From Candidatus Bipolaricaulis sp. (GTDB lineage: Bacteria; Bipolaricaulota; Bipolaricaulia; UBA7950; UBA9294), in the NCBI GenBank assembly GCA_028707055.1, contig JAQTVA010000001.1:1-46541 (forward strand): 46,541 nucleotides of DNA, written 5' to 3'. Under the pieces are notes generated by a model. The model worked only from the letters and a program-made list of their open reading frames with translations, was not told the DNA's origin and did no database searches. Of this stretch, positions 44,840-46,541 are shown piece after piece (position 1 is the stretch's first letter; each line of letters begins with the position of its first letter). The position numbers and the translations under genes are program-made.

Positions 44840-46144
44840 GTGCGGGCAGGGAGCCGGGTCTTGCGCTTCAAGCTGGGCAAGTCGCAGTCGAACGCCGATG
44901 CGTCTCTGCGCTACGTCGTTCGGCAGGCCTATGCCAGCGTTCCTTTCTACCGTAGGTCCTGGGACGCGGCGGGTGTCTCGGTCGCTGGGTTCCGCGGTGT
45001 GGAGGATCTCCCGAAGCTTCCGGTTGTGACGAAGGACGAGCTTCTGGCGGGAGGTCTGGACGACCGGCTCGACAGCAGCATTCGGCGGGAGCGGCTCGTT
45101 GTGCGGAGCACGAGTGGGACGTCGGGGGCGCCGATTGCGGTGTACATGACCCGCCCGGAGTTCCGCTTCCGCCAACTGACCCTCTTTCGCGCGATGTGGC
45201 GGGCGGCGGGGCGGCCGTTCCCGGTGACGATCGTGGAGGCGGGGGCGTGGATCCCTCCCGACGGCCGCGGCGAGGTGCTCGTCCGGCGAATGCCACTCGT
45301 GAAGGTCGTCTACATCTCGCGGCGACTGCCGCTTGGCGAGCAGGTAGAAGCCCTCCGGGGCCTGAGGCCGTCGATCCTCACGGGGTGCCCGGGGAGCCTC
45401 GAGATGATCGCCGCCGAGATGCGTCGCCTCGAGATCCGACCCCCACGCCCGCGCGCCGTCATCACGCGGGGAGAGGTGCTTCATCCGGGGGTTCGCGGTC
45501 TTCTGGCCGAGGTCTTCGGCTGCCGGGTCGTCGATTTCTACAACGCACAGGAGGTTGGGAACATCGCCTGGGAGTGTCCGGACCGCGAGGGCACGTATCA
45601 CGTCAACGGCGACACGTGCGTTGTCGAGGTCGTGGATGCTGCCGGGAGCCCTCTGCCTGCTGGCCGAGAGGGGCGCTTGGTCGTCACGAACCTCTACAAC
45701 ACCACAATGCCGATCATCCGCTACGCGATGGGCGATCGAGGGACGCTCGCGCCACGCGATGGAAGGGCTTGCACGTGCGGCCACAGGGGACAGACGCTCG
45801 TGTCGCTTGCAGGGCGAGACGACGACTTCGTCGTCCTGCCGGACGGGCGGGCGATCTCGCCTCGCCTCATCGACGACCTGTTCATCGACGCCTGCCGGAG
45901 CCTGGGGATCGAGGATCCGTTCACGCGAGCGATACGTGACTACCAGGTCGTGCAGGACTCCCCGTCGCACCTGCTTGTCCGAATCGTGGCCGCGGACGCA
46001 CCGCCGGAGAGGCTGCGCGAGCTTCTGGTCGGCAACCTCGCGGCGCTCCACCCCGAGCTGCTCTGTGACGTCGACTGGGTCCGCGAGATCGAGCCGGGAG
46101 AAGGCGGGAAGCGAAAGCGCATCGTCTCCTCCCTACGGCCCTGA
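44840..46144 (+). CDS. phenylacetate-CoA ligase / coenzyme F390 synthetase-like adenylate-forming enzyme (COG1541 type)
   Basis: VPFYRRSWDAAGV...LPKLPVVTKDEL...VVRSTSGTSGAPI is the AMP-binding P-loop. PIIRYAMGDRG is present. The GTG at 44840 follows GGACGGAGG. Confidence 0.8.
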   Translation: MRAGSRVLRFKLGKSQSNADASLRYVVRQAYASVPFYRRSWDAAGVSVAGFRGVEDLPKLPVVTKDELLAGGLDDRLDSSIRRERLVVRSTSGTSGAPIAVYMTRPEFRFRQLTLFRAMWRAAGRPFPVTIVEAGAWIPPDGRGEVLVRRMPLVKVVYISRRLPLGEQVEALRGLRPSILTGCPGSLEMIAAEMRRLEIRPPRPRAVITRGEVLHPGVRGLLAEVFGCRVVDFYNAQEVGNIAWECPDREGTYHVNGDTCVVEVVDAAGSPLPAGREGRLVVTNLYNTTMPIIRYAMGDRGTLAPRDGRACTCGHRGQTLVSLAGRDDDFVVLPDGRAISPRLIDDLFIDACRSLGIEDPFTRAIRDYQVVQDSPSHLLVRIVAADAPPERLRELLVGNLAALHPELLCDVDWVREIEPGEGGKRKRIVSSLRP

Positions 46145-46206
46145 TCGCACCCCGTGGTCGGGACGACTCCGCAGGATGCAGGGGCTCATTCCCGGCCGGA
46201 GGCTCC

Positions 46207-46541
46207 TCACATCATGATCCTCCACGCGGTCGTACCCCAGAACGGGTTGATGTCCGAACTCAGCTCGTTGGTTAGTCGCTTCACATTCGACCCGTCGGCG
46301 TTCATGCGGTAGATCTCGAGGTTCCCATCGCGGGAGCTCTGGAACGCGATCTGCAACCCGTCGAGCGACCAGCTCGGCCCCCAGTCGGTGTTGGAGGAGT
46401 TCGTCAGCCTCGTCGTGGACGTCCCTACGCCTGTCATCCTGTAGATCTCGGTGTTCCCGTCTCGCTCGCTCTGGAACGTGACCCAGGTCCCGTCCGGCGA
46501 CCAGCTCGGCATGTAGTCGGCGTCAGGGTGGTTCGTGAGGC
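46207..46541 (-). CDS. PD40 (TolB-like WD40-like beta-propeller) repeat protein, C-terminal part; N-terminus lies beyond the window
   Basis: Repeated PSWSPDG...FQSERDGNTEIYRM and PSWSLDG...FQSSRDGNLEIYRMNADGS. The frame stays open to the window edge (..LTNHPDADYMPSWSPDG). Confidence 0.85.
   Translation of the reverse strand, partial: LTNHPDADYMPSWSPDGTWVTFQSERDGNTEIYRMTGVGTSTTRLTNSSNTDWGPSWSLDGLQIAFQSSRDGNLEIYRMNADGSNVKRLTNELSSDINPFWGTTAWRIMM

Overview
High-GC bacterial chromosomal window (GC judged by eye, not computed); I cannot assign a phylum from the sequence.

Positions 1-5.2 kb (+ strand):
- a 5'-truncated CCA-adding enzyme
- an orphan HerA-like P-loop ATPase with an unusual C-terminal half
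- a long-form ribosome hibernation factor (hpf) behind a near-consensus sigma70 promoter
- a PP-loop-family protein whose SGGxDS motif is degenerate
- an FmdB-type zinc-ribbon gene

Positions 5.2-27.5 kb are one co-directional core block:
- rpoC is 1652 aa, has a TTG start and carries large lineage-specific insertions. It is NOT preceded by rpoB.
- It runs into the str genes (rpsL-rpsG-fusA, no tuf), then the S10, spc and alpha ribosomal-protein operons, including secY-adk-map-infA, and ends at rplQ.
- rpmD (L30) is absent.
- Many junctions are 1-11 nt start/stop overlaps, which suggests translational coupling.
- An intrinsic terminator and an odd array of 14-nt repeats follow rplQ.

Positions 27.5-46.5 kb are accessory or metabolic:
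- an SDR-type L-threonine-3-dehydrogenase-like gene (-)
- about 1.1 kb of sparse coding with one membrane ORF
- pxpA-pxpB-pxpC (5-oxoprolinase), where pxpC carries a tail resembling the N-terminus of a biotin-carrier subunit
- a 0.5 kb non-coding stretch containing a good promoter and a ~195 nt leader
- a 612-aa KamA-family radical SAM protein with a long N-terminal extension
- a lipoprotein (-)
- fpg/mutM (+)
- an amidohydrolase and hypE-hypD-hypC (-), with a triple 21-aa repeat tail on HypC
- a three-gene + operon: secreted CBM9/DOMON-like protein, M28 peptidase with a polytopic membrane domain, and a C-N hydrolase with a membrane tail
- about 0.6 kb of apparent gene debris
- a PaaK/F390-synthetase-like ligase
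- a truncated PD40 (TolB-like) repeat protein (-)

No rRNA, tRNA, CRISPR array or intact mobile element was found. No canonical defence island is evident. The most unusual items are listed under findings, and all functional interpretations there are inferences.
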